Assembly: GCA_027491435.1 (NCBI GenBank)
Contig: JAOZFG010000028.1
Location: 1 to 64,000, forward strand
Length of the DNA: 64,000 nucleotides
Reading direction: 5' to 3'
Source of the DNA: Thermoproteota archaeon
GTDB taxonomy: Archaea > Korarchaeota > Korarchaeia > Korarchaeales > Korarchaeaceae
Part shown: positions 18,771-27,015 of the stretch, in pieces
How the letters are laid out: the number at the start of each line of letters is the position of its first letter
Numbering within the stretch: the first letter of the stretch is position 1
Notes under the pieces: model-generated
Told to the model about the DNA's origin: nothing
The model's input: the letters and a program-made list of their open reading frames with translations, nothing else
Database searches by the model: none
Made by a program: the position numbers and the translations under genes

Positions 18771-19298
18771 TCAGCCCAACCTCTTAGGCAGGGTCACCCC
18801 TCTCTGCCCCTGGTAAGTGCCGCTGTAAGGCCTCTGCACCGGCCTATCGGTCCTGAAGAAGACCACGTGTAGGAACCTTATGCCCCTGTACAGCTTCACC
18901 GGCGCCGGCCTAGTCCACATTACCTCTATGGTCAGCTGTCCCTCAAAGCCGGCGTCTATGAGGGTGGGAGGAGCTACGAAGCCCCACCTGGCTATGGATG
19001 AGCGGAGGCCGCATAAAGCCGCTACGTAGTTAGGAAGCTTGACGTGCTCCTCGGTTACCAGTAGAACTGAGGTGTTCCCAGGTATTATTATCCCTTCGTC
19101 GGGGATCTCCCTGACGGAGAAGTGCTTGGCCGGATCGTCTTTAGTGGGATCTATGACCTCGCCCCTGACCACGGGAAAGGCTATCTCCGAGCCTATCCTC
19201 ATGTCAACCCCGTTCTCCCTGATGGCGTCCTCGTAAAGGGGCTCTATAACCAGCTCCCCTTTTTCTATGAGCTCCCTCAGGGTGCCATCTGAGAGCAT
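18771..19298 (-). CDS. dcd: dCTP deaminase
   Basis: ENGVDMRIG, LRSSIARWG, IDAGFEGQLTIE and YSGTYQGQRGVT motifs. Confidence 0.93.
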   Translation of the reverse strand: MLSDGTLRELIEKGELVIEPLYEDAIRENGVDMRIGSEIAFPVVRGEVIDPTKDDPAKHFSVREIPDEGIIIPGNTSVLLVTEEHVKLPNYVAALCGLRSSIARWGFVAPPTLIDAGFEGQLTIEVMWTRPAPVKLYRGIRFLHVVFFRTDRPVQRPYSGTYQGQRGVTLPKRLG

Positions 19299-19566
19299 AG
19301 GAATCCCCCATCTTTCCCTCAGATTTAATAAAAATGGATTTTTGAAGTCAGGCGTAAGCCCCCTTTAACGGGACAGGGCTGTAAAAGGATCAGCGACGGG
19401 GCTTTGATGAGCGGGTGACAGCCAGACTAGGTAAGGTCTCCAGAAGTTCGTGTTATGAAAGGTAGGAGGGAGCTTAAACTTCAGAAGCTTTTAAGAGTTC
19501 ACATTCGCAGCATTAGGTTAGCGGGTTTGAACATCATCTTTTTAATTATAACCGAGTTAACTGAGT

Positions 19567-19797
19567 ATGCCGTTGAGGGTCACTGTCGATAGGAAGGCGT
19601 GCCTTGCCTGCGGGGCGGCCCCTAGCGTATGTCCTGATGTCTTCGTTCTGGACGGTAAGAATAGGGTCGTTGACAAGTACTCGGTGAGCTTGACTGATGC
19701 CGTGTCAGTTGGCGAGGTGCCAGATGAGCTAGGTGAGTGCGTTAAGAAGGCTGCGGAAATATGCCCAGTGAGTGCGATTAAAGTAGCTCCCATATAG
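19567..19797 (+). CDS. Single-cluster ferredoxin
   Basis: VDRKACLACGAAPSVCPDVF...AAEICPVSAI. Confidence 0.88.
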   Translation: MPLRVTVDRKACLACGAAPSVCPDVFVLDGKNRVVDKYSVSLTDAVSVGEVPDELGECVKKAAEICPVSAIKVAPI

Positions 19798-19882
19798 AGC
19801 TACCCCTTTACCTTATTTAAGCTCTTTACGCTCTCAGGAAGCGACCAAGTGTCGACGATGGGAAACGTCACTAGAGAAAGAC

Positions 19883-19922
19883 GGCGCTGTCAACTTAAGG
19901 CACCCCCCACGTTAACCACTAG
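19883..19922 (-). mobile_element. IS6-like end relic
   Basis: GGCGCTGTCAACTTAAGGCACCCCCCACGTTAACCACTAG; related copies at 255, 20071, 21480 and 23979. Confidence 0.5.
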
Positions 19923-20324
19923 TAGTATTTCAGCCATCAGGCTGAAAGGTACTGACTCCCTCTGGTCATGTGGCTGACGAAGTTTAGCATGAACCCGTGA
20001 AGCCTTCTCAGCCGTTAGCGGGCAGCCCGAGAATAATTAACTTGTTAGACCAAAGTTCAATTCGGATAGGGATTCCGTCAACTTAGGCCCGTTTAAGTCC
20101 GTTTATGCTGTGTAAACGAAAGGGCCTTCTCGTCGGAGGGCAGCCTGAGGTCAAGATCACACCTCTGGGTGGCGCTGAACCCACGTTAAGGGTCTTAAAG
20201 ACTTTGAGGCAGGCCTCTAGAGGATTCACGAATACCTGAAACGCTTAGAGCGTAAGTTTAAGAGAATAATGAGAGGATTATAGAGTAGGGGGTTGGGAGC
20301 TCTCGAAGATACCTTCCTCTCCCC

Positions 20325-20440
20325 CCTGAGAGCAGGTTGGGTGGGGTGGGTCTGAGCCTTCGGGAGGGGTGAAGACTGCCCAGGTTGATGCCGGTAAAAA
20401 GGTGGATCAAAGGCGGCTACGCGGATCATCGCCATTCGTC
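20325..20440 (+). pseudogene. Possible decayed IS6-family transposase N-terminus
   Basis: Frame reads GLSLREG*...VKRWIK, then frameshifted RIIAI, resembling the IS6 GLSLR...W...IAIDET motifs. Confidence 0.3.
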
Positions 20441-20516
20441 CTCAATAATCGTGCTCTTCAGCTTTCATACCGTGGGGCGCACAACATGGACGGAAAGATT
20501 GGCCAGGGGGAGCTAG

Positions 20517-20918
20517 TTGAGCTGGAGAGAGTCAGATAACTTAAAGAGGAGGGGGAGAGCTTTTCTGGAACTGGCAGAGTACAGCTTATCCAGAGGGTTC
20601 TATGACATGGCTGTGTTTCACGCTCATCAAGCCGTAGAACTATTCGTCAAAGGGGTGCTATTGGATGTGATCGGCACCTACCCGAGAACCCACGATCTAA
20701 TGGAGTTGTTGGATGAGTGGCTTTCCGAGAGGTGCGAACTGGTATCTAAACTCCTGGACGAGAGGGGAGAGAAAATAGAGCACCTGACAGACGCTTACTT
20801 CAGCTCCAGATACGGAGGGAGGAACTTCAGACGTGAGCTAGCTAGCTCCTTCGTTGAACTGGCCAGGGAGGTGCTGAGGGTTGCGAGCCTATGTGAGGAA
20901 GAGGGTGAAGAGGGCTGA
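20517..20918 (+). CDS. HEPN domain protein
   Basis: FHAHQAVELFVKG, PRTHDL and AYFSSRY motifs. Confidence 0.9.
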   Translation: MSWRESDNLKRRGRAFLELAEYSLSRGFYDMAVFHAHQAVELFVKGVLLDVIGTYPRTHDLMELLDEWLSERCELVSKLLDERGEKIEHLTDAYFSSRYGGRNFRRELASSFVELAREVLRVASLCEEEGEEG

Positions 20919-21234
20919 GATGGTGAAGAGGTGGAGGGAATACGTCAGGAGGATAGCAGACTCGGCTAGAGAGGTACTAGGTGACGTGGAAGTTTACGTA
21001 TTCGGTAGTGCCGTGGAGGGGAAGCTCACAGCCTCTTCCGATGTAGATCTTCTTATTGTGTGCGAGAGAGCCCCTGAGGACTTCGAAGAGTACGAGGATC
21101 TCAAGGAGAAGGTGCTGAAGGGTGCCGGTGTGAGTACTAGAGCCCCCTTTCAGCTGCACATAGTGGATAAGGAAGGGGCTAAGTTTTACCTGGAGAACCT
21201 GAGGGTGACGGTTGAGAGGGTCTACCCGGACTGA
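20881..21234 (+). CDS. Minimal nucleotidyltransferase (MNT) antitoxin
   Basis: VYVFGSAVEG...SDVDLL; overlaps the HEPN gene. Confidence 0.9.
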   Translation: MRAYVRKRVKRAEMVKRWREYVRRIADSAREVLGDVEVYVFGSAVEGKLTASSDVDLLIVCERAPEDFEEYEDLKEKVLKGAGVSTRAPFQLHIVDKEGAKFYLENLRVTVERVYPD

Positions 21235-21479
21235 GGATATGGAGCTTACAGGGCATGTCTTAGTCTCCTACTAGGCATGGGATGAGCGGGTTGAAGGGGC
21301 TAGTGGTCAAGATAAGACAGGTCAAGGGCCGAATCTATTTAAATAAGCGCTGCTCCAATGAGCTAAGAAGGCTTCAGTTCGTCCTGAACTTCATTATTGT
21401 CTCTCAAAGGGGTCAATAAGCTGCTGATCGGCCTAATGGCTAGAAAGCCTTACTGTACTGTAGTTGAAGCTTAGAGCAG

Positions 21480-21497
21480 CCTTAAGTTGGCGACACC
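21480..21497 (+). mobile_element. IS6-like end relic (inverted relative to 19883)
   Basis: CCTTAAGTTGGCGACACC matches the reverse complement of 19883-19900 at 14 of 18 positions. Confidence 0.4.
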
Positions 21498-21606
21498 AGT
21501 TCTGTAGGGGGACGCAGCAACTTTAAGTTAAGCGTTAACCTCTAAAAAGGGATGTTTTAGGGTTAGCGGTTCCCTATACTATAGCTAATAGGGAGCCCAA
21601 CTACAG

Positions 21607-22431
21607 CTAGACCTCCTTTCCTATGATTAACTCAACCCCCTTCTCCTTAGCTTTCGCCCTAAGATCCTTAGCCACCTTAGAGTCAGCCGTCTCTACTATC
21701 AGGAAGAGCTTAGCCTTCTTCCCGTAAATCCTCTCGGCTATTTCGGCCTTCCTTAGTAGCTTATCCAACTCGTCTGGCTCCGCGTAGGCGGTGACCTCAC
21801 CCACTATTAGGGGATCTTCCAGGAATATATCTACCTCCTCTCCGTCCAGCACCGTCGATTTTAGCTCGGCCCCCTCAGGTATATCACCATATTTCCTCAG
21901 GAGCTCGGTTAAGAACGTCCTGACGAACTGCTCGAAGGTTACACCGGCGAACTTACTGAGCTGGGAGAAGCCGTACATCATAGCGCTCTTGAGGCCTTCC
22001 AGCGCCCTTTCAGTGGAGCTCTGCCTCTCTTTAATCTCCTTTATCACTTCAAGCATTTTGTTGAAGTCTTCCCTGAGCTTCTGCTGCTCCTGCTTCAGCT
22101 CCTTGATCTCCTGCCAGATCTTCTTCTGTTCCTGCTTGATGGCCTTGATCTCCTGCCAGATCTTAGTCTGCTCCTCCTTCAGCTCCTTTATCTCCTGCTT
22201 CAGCTCCTTGATCTCCTGCCAGATCTTCTTCTGTTCCTGCTTGATGGCCTTGATCTCCTGCCAGATCTTAGTCTGCTCCTCCGCGAGCTTGGCCATCTGT
22301 TCAGCCAGCACTCCTATCTGAGCTGAGACTAGCACCTCCTCCGGTATGTACTTGATCAGCTTCTTGACCAGGTCCTTAGCCAACTCTGGATTTTCCTCTA
22401 TCTCCTTTGATAGCTCCTTTATCACCGACAT
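21607..22431 (-). CDS. Long coiled-coil plus degenerate PD-(D/E)XK-like domain protein
   Basis: Heptad repeats EQxKIWQEIK; C-terminal EEVDIFLEDPLIVGEVT; start likely ATG 22431. Confidence 0.75.
   Translation of the reverse strand: MSVIKELSKEIEENPELAKDLVKKLIKYIPEEVLVSAQIGVLAEQMAKLAEEQTKIWQEIKAIKQEQKKIWQEIKELKQEIKELKEEQTKIWQEIKAIKQEQKKIWQEIKELKQEQQKLREDFNKMLEVIKEIKERQSSTERALEGLKSAMMYGFSQLSKFAGVTFEQFVRTFLTELLRKYGDIPEGAELKSTVLDGEEVDIFLEDPLIVGEVTAYAEPDELDKLLRKAEIAERIYGKKAKLFLIVETADSKVAKDLRAKAKEKGVELIIGKEV
22087..22282. repeat. Intragenic 91-bp perfect direct repeat (105-bp period, 5 heptads)
   Basis: Identical segments 22087-22177 and 22192-22282. Confidence 0.9.
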
Positions 22432-22819
22432 CAGTAAGTAAACCCGTTGACCATAAATTAAAGTTATCATCCGCCTACGGGCAGGAAAACTTTGAGGGAT
22501 GTAGGAAGAATGAGGGCCCAAGTTAAACTGGATTCCCGCCTTGAAGGGGTGGTGAAGTGCTTTCTGAGGGTTGTCGCCCCCGTCCTCATGATTGGGCTTC
22601 AGTAATCATTTCAACTTGTTAGGCTGAAGGAGAAGAGGTTACAAGAAAGAGGAGTTTAAAAGGTGAAGATAAACGCCCCTATGTGTAACACGGCGCAGTG
22701 GGGTTTTCTTTTTAATGCTTGGGATTCCGGCCGCCTCGGGCCCTCCAACAATCCAGAAGGGCTAATTCTACCACCACAGGGGTCTCTCCGTTCAGAGAGG
22801 TAACTCTCCGTGAAGCCAT

Positions 22820-23653
22820 TTAGCCTTTGCCCTCCTGCCTTCCCACAGGAATGAACTCCACGCTCGGGACCTTGCTCTTCAACGGCTGAGGGTAGAGCTC
22901 CATTAAAGCGTACACTTCCTCGGGCACGTCGGTGCTGACGTTCAGTCCCAGGGATTTGGCCACCTCCACCGTTATCGGGTAGTCGTGGGTCCACCTTCCC
23001 TCGGTAAGGATCTCGGCAACCTCCTGCGCTTTTTCCCTCCCCATTTTATCCTCAAGGAGCCAGATTATCAGTTCCCTTACCTGTTTAATCGCCTTTTCAG
23101 CCACGTCAGCCAGTATCAGGGTTTGATCATCGACTTTCTCAGCTCCCTTCCTCTCTACGGCCTTCAATATGGAAGGCGCTGGGTACTGTCCCAGCTGCGG
23201 ATCCACAGGACCCAGGACGGCGTTGGGGTCCATCACTATCTCATCAGCCGCTAGAGCTATTAAAGTGCCGCCGCTCATGGCGTAGTGCGGGACTATCACC
23301 GTGGTCTTGGCCGGGTGGTTCTTTAAGGCCCTGGCTATCTGAGTTGCCGCCAGAGCTAGGCCGCCGGGCGTGTGTATTATCAAGTCTATTGGAGTGTCCT
23401 TGGGGGTGGCCCTTATGGCCCTCAACACCTTCTCCGAGTCGTCTATGTCTATGTACCTGTAGAAGGGTATCCCGAAGAGGCCTATAGACTCCTCCCTGTG
23501 TATGAGAGTTATTACATTGCTTTTCCTCTTCTTGCCTAATAGCTGTAAAACGCTCTTCCTAGCGTTGTTTAGTGAGTAGTACTTCATTTGAGGGGCCATC
23601 AACAGGTAGAATATGAATAGCCACCATATGAGGGAGATAGGGTCGAACCACAT
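22820..23653 (-). CDS. SDH-family ClpP-class serine protease
   Basis: N-terminal TM; HTPGG, YAMSGGTLIALAAD, LGPVDPQ and WTHDYPI motifs. Confidence 0.92.
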   Translation of the reverse strand: MWFDPISLIWWLFIFYLLMAPQMKYYSLNNARKSVLQLLGKKRKSNVITLIHREESIGLFGIPFYRYIDIDDSEKVLRAIRATPKDTPIDLIIHTPGGLALAATQIARALKNHPAKTTVIVPHYAMSGGTLIALAADEIVMDPNAVLGPVDPQLGQYPAPSILKAVERKGAEKVDDQTLILADVAEKAIKQVRELIIWLLEDKMGREKAQEVAEILTEGRWTHDYPITVEVAKSLGLNVSTDVPEEVYALMELYPQPLKSKVPSVEFIPVGRQEGKG

Positions 23654-23978
23654 AGCTTGTGTCGGAAGGTATACCTTTTCAGTTTTTGTTTTCTGAACAT
23701 AAGGCTCATCAGTATCGGAAGGACAAATATGAGGTTTGACAGATTTTAGAGATTTCTTGGATTTGTAAATAAAGTTATCTCAATGAAGTTAACTATACTA
23801 ATAAATGAAACCTTAATTCCTTTGGCTTATGCACTGGGATTTAATGTGAGAAGACGTTAGATAAATTGGAATTATTTAGTCTTACAATCATAATATTATA
23901 ATTGTATCAGCAGCAAAATCAATAACATTAGTTATTTTACCCATTTAAATAAGATAGAGAGAAAGATAAAAGATCTAT

Positions 23979-24018
23979 GCTGGCCAACTTAAAGCCGCCC
24001 CCATGCTTTAACCACTAG
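23979..24018 (-). mobile_element. IS6-like end relic
   Basis: GCTGGCCAACTTAAAGCCGCCCCCATGCTTTAACCACTAG is homologous to 19886-19922. Confidence 0.45.
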
Positions 24019-24270
24019 CTCCTCTCGCCCCCGCTCATCATGTGTCTATCAGGTAGGTAGGTTGTATCACTCGCTGACGCCCTTCTTCTTGACCTTCCAT
24101 ACCAATTTCTCACCTTACGGCTCTCCTAACGTCAGTAAATCTCTGGCCGACACGTCTGAGACTTTAGATCCTAAAGGGAGAACAGGATATATGCTATGAC
24201 TATATAGATCTGCTCTCTAAAGAGTTGACATCGTTAATACATCCTCTCCTCTTTTTGACTTTTATTACTA

Positions 24271-26274
24271 TTATCTATAAAATCTTCTCTCGAACTTTCT
24301 CTTTATAGCTATAAATTCTAAACCCAATAACATTATTCCAAATATTTTGGCTAATCCCTGAGTTATCTCAAAGGATGAATTGTCACATACAGGCCTAATT
24401 TGGAGAGATATTTCCAGTATATCTAAAAATTTATATAAGAATATCGTGAAATATTTATAAAGTATTGGGTAGTATTTGTTTAATATATTAATAAAGTAAA
24501 ATAAAATATCGTTGAATAACTTTAAAGTAGCATTGATAGATGTAGCAATAAAGTATAGCTTGATGCTGATAGTACTCCGATCGCTTATTAATTGAAAGGC
24601 ACTACTACTCAAATTATTAAGATCATATGGGCTCATTAAGATTGAGAACAGGGTGATAACGAATATTGTAACAAACATAATATGCAGAGGCCTCAGGAGG
24701 CTCTCTCCAAAGGAAGATGTTGTATCGTAGATTAAACTGAATAATTTATAAGAGTATGAGTTAGTAATATATCTTTCAAACCTCCTTTCAGCTATAAATA
24801 AATTACCAGATATATTAAATTTTGAAAAAGATTTTTCAAGATTAGACTGAATAGCTGAATATATATTTTTTACATGATCGATTGAAGGAAAACTCTCCAT
24901 GTTGTATTCACCATACACCTTCTTGACAGTATACAGAACAGGACTTTTAACTCCATATATTTCATTGACTTCTTTGTTAAATACTTTCATATATGCAGCC
25001 ACCATGTCCGGAAGGAATATGGCTTCTTCAAATAGAGCATTATATATGTATTTTTGAAAAATTCCCACATCTTTTTTGATAATATATTTAAATTTACAAT
25101 TTTCCCAGTAACAATTTACCAGTTTAATTTTAGAATTTAAGTTCCTCAAACTTATTCCACTCACGTCCACCCCTTGAAGTATAATCAGAGGGACGCTATC
25201 ATATCTAGGATCTACGTCCCATATCTTTATATAATATGGCGGTCTTTTGTCACTAGTTTTATTTGATAAATCTTTAAATAAAATTTTATAGCCAAGATAT
25301 ATATTTTCCATCTCAATAAATAAAGTAGGATCCATATTTTCTTCTATTAGAGAATAACTTTTTAAATTTACTACATGAATCTCTTCAGGTAGCCTCCTAA
25401 AAAATATCTTAATATTATTAATTCTTACGTTAGATATCATGGTGTGAATAACACCCTCGACTACATCCATCTTTCCTTTAATTTTTTTATTACAATCTCT
25501 GAGCATTATATTCATTAACAAACTATCTATTGTGGTATTACTCAAAGGATAACTAGATTCATCCCCACTAATTTCAAGATCTTTTATAATAAATCCACTT
25601 AACAGAAGAATATCATGGATAATAGCTCCGTGTACACTTACCTTTCCTATGTAAGAGATCGACTGTTTATCAAAACTATCTTCTTTTTCTTTTATCAAAA
25701 ACTTATTTACTACTGTTCCAGGCAAAATTTGTACTTCATAAACCGATGCTTGTAATATAAATTCTTGTTTAATCCTTATTTTTTCTAAAGTTAGTCTATT
25801 TAGCCTAATTAAATTATCATAAATACTGTCATTAATTTTTAGTTCATTTACTGTTGTCTCCTTAATTATTAAATTATTTATGAATCCCTCTGAAAGCTCT
25901 ATGTGAAGAGCATCTAATAGTGAGTTATCTACAAGTAACACCTCCAGACTTCCATTAGCTATATGTAGATCCACTATTATATTAGATAGGCTAACTATTT
26001 TTATTAGAGGAACTTGTGAATCTATATCAAATATTATATTAAAAATTTTTTTATTTATATATTCTCCTAAAAATGTAATGATAATTCCATCAAATTCGTG
26101 TATCCTGTTCAGTTTCTTGAAATATATATAGTTGTTTACTTTAAGACAGTTAGATTCATATATTTCAACTTCTAAGTAAGAATCTACTTCCTGAACTATA
26201 CTACAATATATTTTTAAGCAATTTGGTTTATCTATTAAGATATAAGGACAATTATTTGTCGCGTTTTGAGTCAT
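24271..26274 (-). CDS. AT-rich beta-solenoid (pentapeptide/LRR-like) protein with C-terminal membrane module, coupled to cmr6
   Basis: Ile/Asn-rich repetitive N-terminal about 390 aa; IYSAIQSNLE...SGNLFIAE; LIYDTTSSFGESLLRPL plus TM; terminal TM helix followed by KRKFERR; ATGA overlap with cmr6. Confidence 0.7.
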   Translation of the reverse strand: MTQNATNNCPYILIDKPNCLKIYCSIVQEVDSYLEVEIYESNCLKVNNYIYFKKLNRIHEFDGIIITFLGEYINKKIFNIIFDIDSQVPLIKIVSLSNIIVDLHIANGSLEVLLVDNSLLDALHIELSEGFINNLIIKETTVNELKINDSIYDNLIRLNRLTLEKIRIKQEFILQASVYEVQILPGTVVNKFLIKEKEDSFDKQSISYIGKVSVHGAIIHDILLLSGFIIKDLEISGDESSYPLSNTTIDSLLMNIMLRDCNKKIKGKMDVVEGVIHTMISNVRINNIKIFFRRLPEEIHVVNLKSYSLIEENMDPTLFIEMENIYLGYKILFKDLSNKTSDKRPPYYIKIWDVDPRYDSVPLIILQGVDVSGISLRNLNSKIKLVNCYWENCKFKYIIKKDVGIFQKYIYNALFEEAIFLPDMVAAYMKVFNKEVNEIYGVKSPVLYTVKKVYGEYNMESFPSIDHVKNIYSAIQSNLEKSFSKFNISGNLFIAERRFERYITNSYSYKLFSLIYDTTSSFGESLLRPLHIMFVTIFVITLFSILMSPYDLNNLSSSAFQLISDRSTISIKLYFIATSINATLKLFNDILFYFINILNKYYPILYKYFTIFLYKFLDILEISLQIRPVCDNSSFEITQGLAKIFGIMLLGLEFIAIKRKFERRFYR

Positions 26275-27014
26275 TTTATCTCCTCAAACAGGCCATACCC
26301 TGATGACCTCTTCCCGCCAACCCCCTTATCAGTTAAGGTTACCCTGAGCAGGTCCTCAACCCTACCGTAGCTTGAATCTGGCACCAATAGGATGAACTTG
26401 AAAGTCACCCCTTCCTTCACAGCCGGGAACTTCACGGGTACGGGGTTTGAGAACTCGTGCGGAGGCCTATCCCCCCTTCCCTCATAATATTCCTTGTAAT
26501 GAGGGGTCATCACGTCCAAGGTGAGCAGTCCCTCGTTGTCAGGGGTCGGAAATCCGCCGAACACCACTAACTTGCCTCTGCTCTCCTTGCTCCCGAATAG
26601 TTCAATTACCTCCCCTTCAGCTAGCTTTTCAGAGGCTACAGCTCTCATAGCACCTTTAAGGGAGGATCCAGGTATCCAGGGGACTGAGTAAGGCCTCAAC
26701 ATTTGAATGAGGGTTGCCTCCCACCCTGAAGGGCCCGAACCGATTATCAACCTAGTCTTCGTCCTGTAGAGCTTGTCCAGCTTAAGGTACCCGTTGGGGG
26801 GCTTCACCTCATCGATCTTCTTAAAGAGAGACTTGTAGCCCTCGGGGATTTTAGCCCTCGCGAATTCCTCCCAAGCCTTGTGATCCCTTTTCGCCATCTT
26901 CTTCCTCAAGTGGTCAGGGTTTGCCCAGTAGGTAACTATCAGCTCAGGGTTGGCATCCCTCAAGTCGATCTTGTGGACTTCCCTCAGGAAGGATTCCATG
27001 CTCTCTTTCAACAC
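26271..27014 (-). CDS. cmr6: Type III-B RAMP Cmr6
   Basis: PWIPGSSLKGAMR, DVMTPHYKEYY, PVPVKFPAV and GVGGKRSSGYG motifs. Confidence 0.95.
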   Translation of the reverse strand: MLKESMESFLREVHKIDLRDANPELIVTYWANPDHLRKKMAKRDHKAWEEFARAKIPEGYKSLFKKIDEVKPPNGYLKLDKLYRTKTRLIIGSGPSGWEATLIQMLRPYSVPWIPGSSLKGAMRAVASEKLAEGEVIELFGSKESRGKLVVFGGFPTPDNEGLLTLDVMTPHYKEYYEGRGDRPPHEFSNPVPVKFPAVKEGVTFKFILLVPDSSYGRVEDLLRVTLTDKGVGGKRSSGYGLFEEIK

Positions 27015-27015
27015 A

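Noticed and set aside
22087-22282. Tandem repeats as a possible CRISPR array
   Set aside because: In-frame heptad-coding repeats inside an ORF, with no unique spacers.
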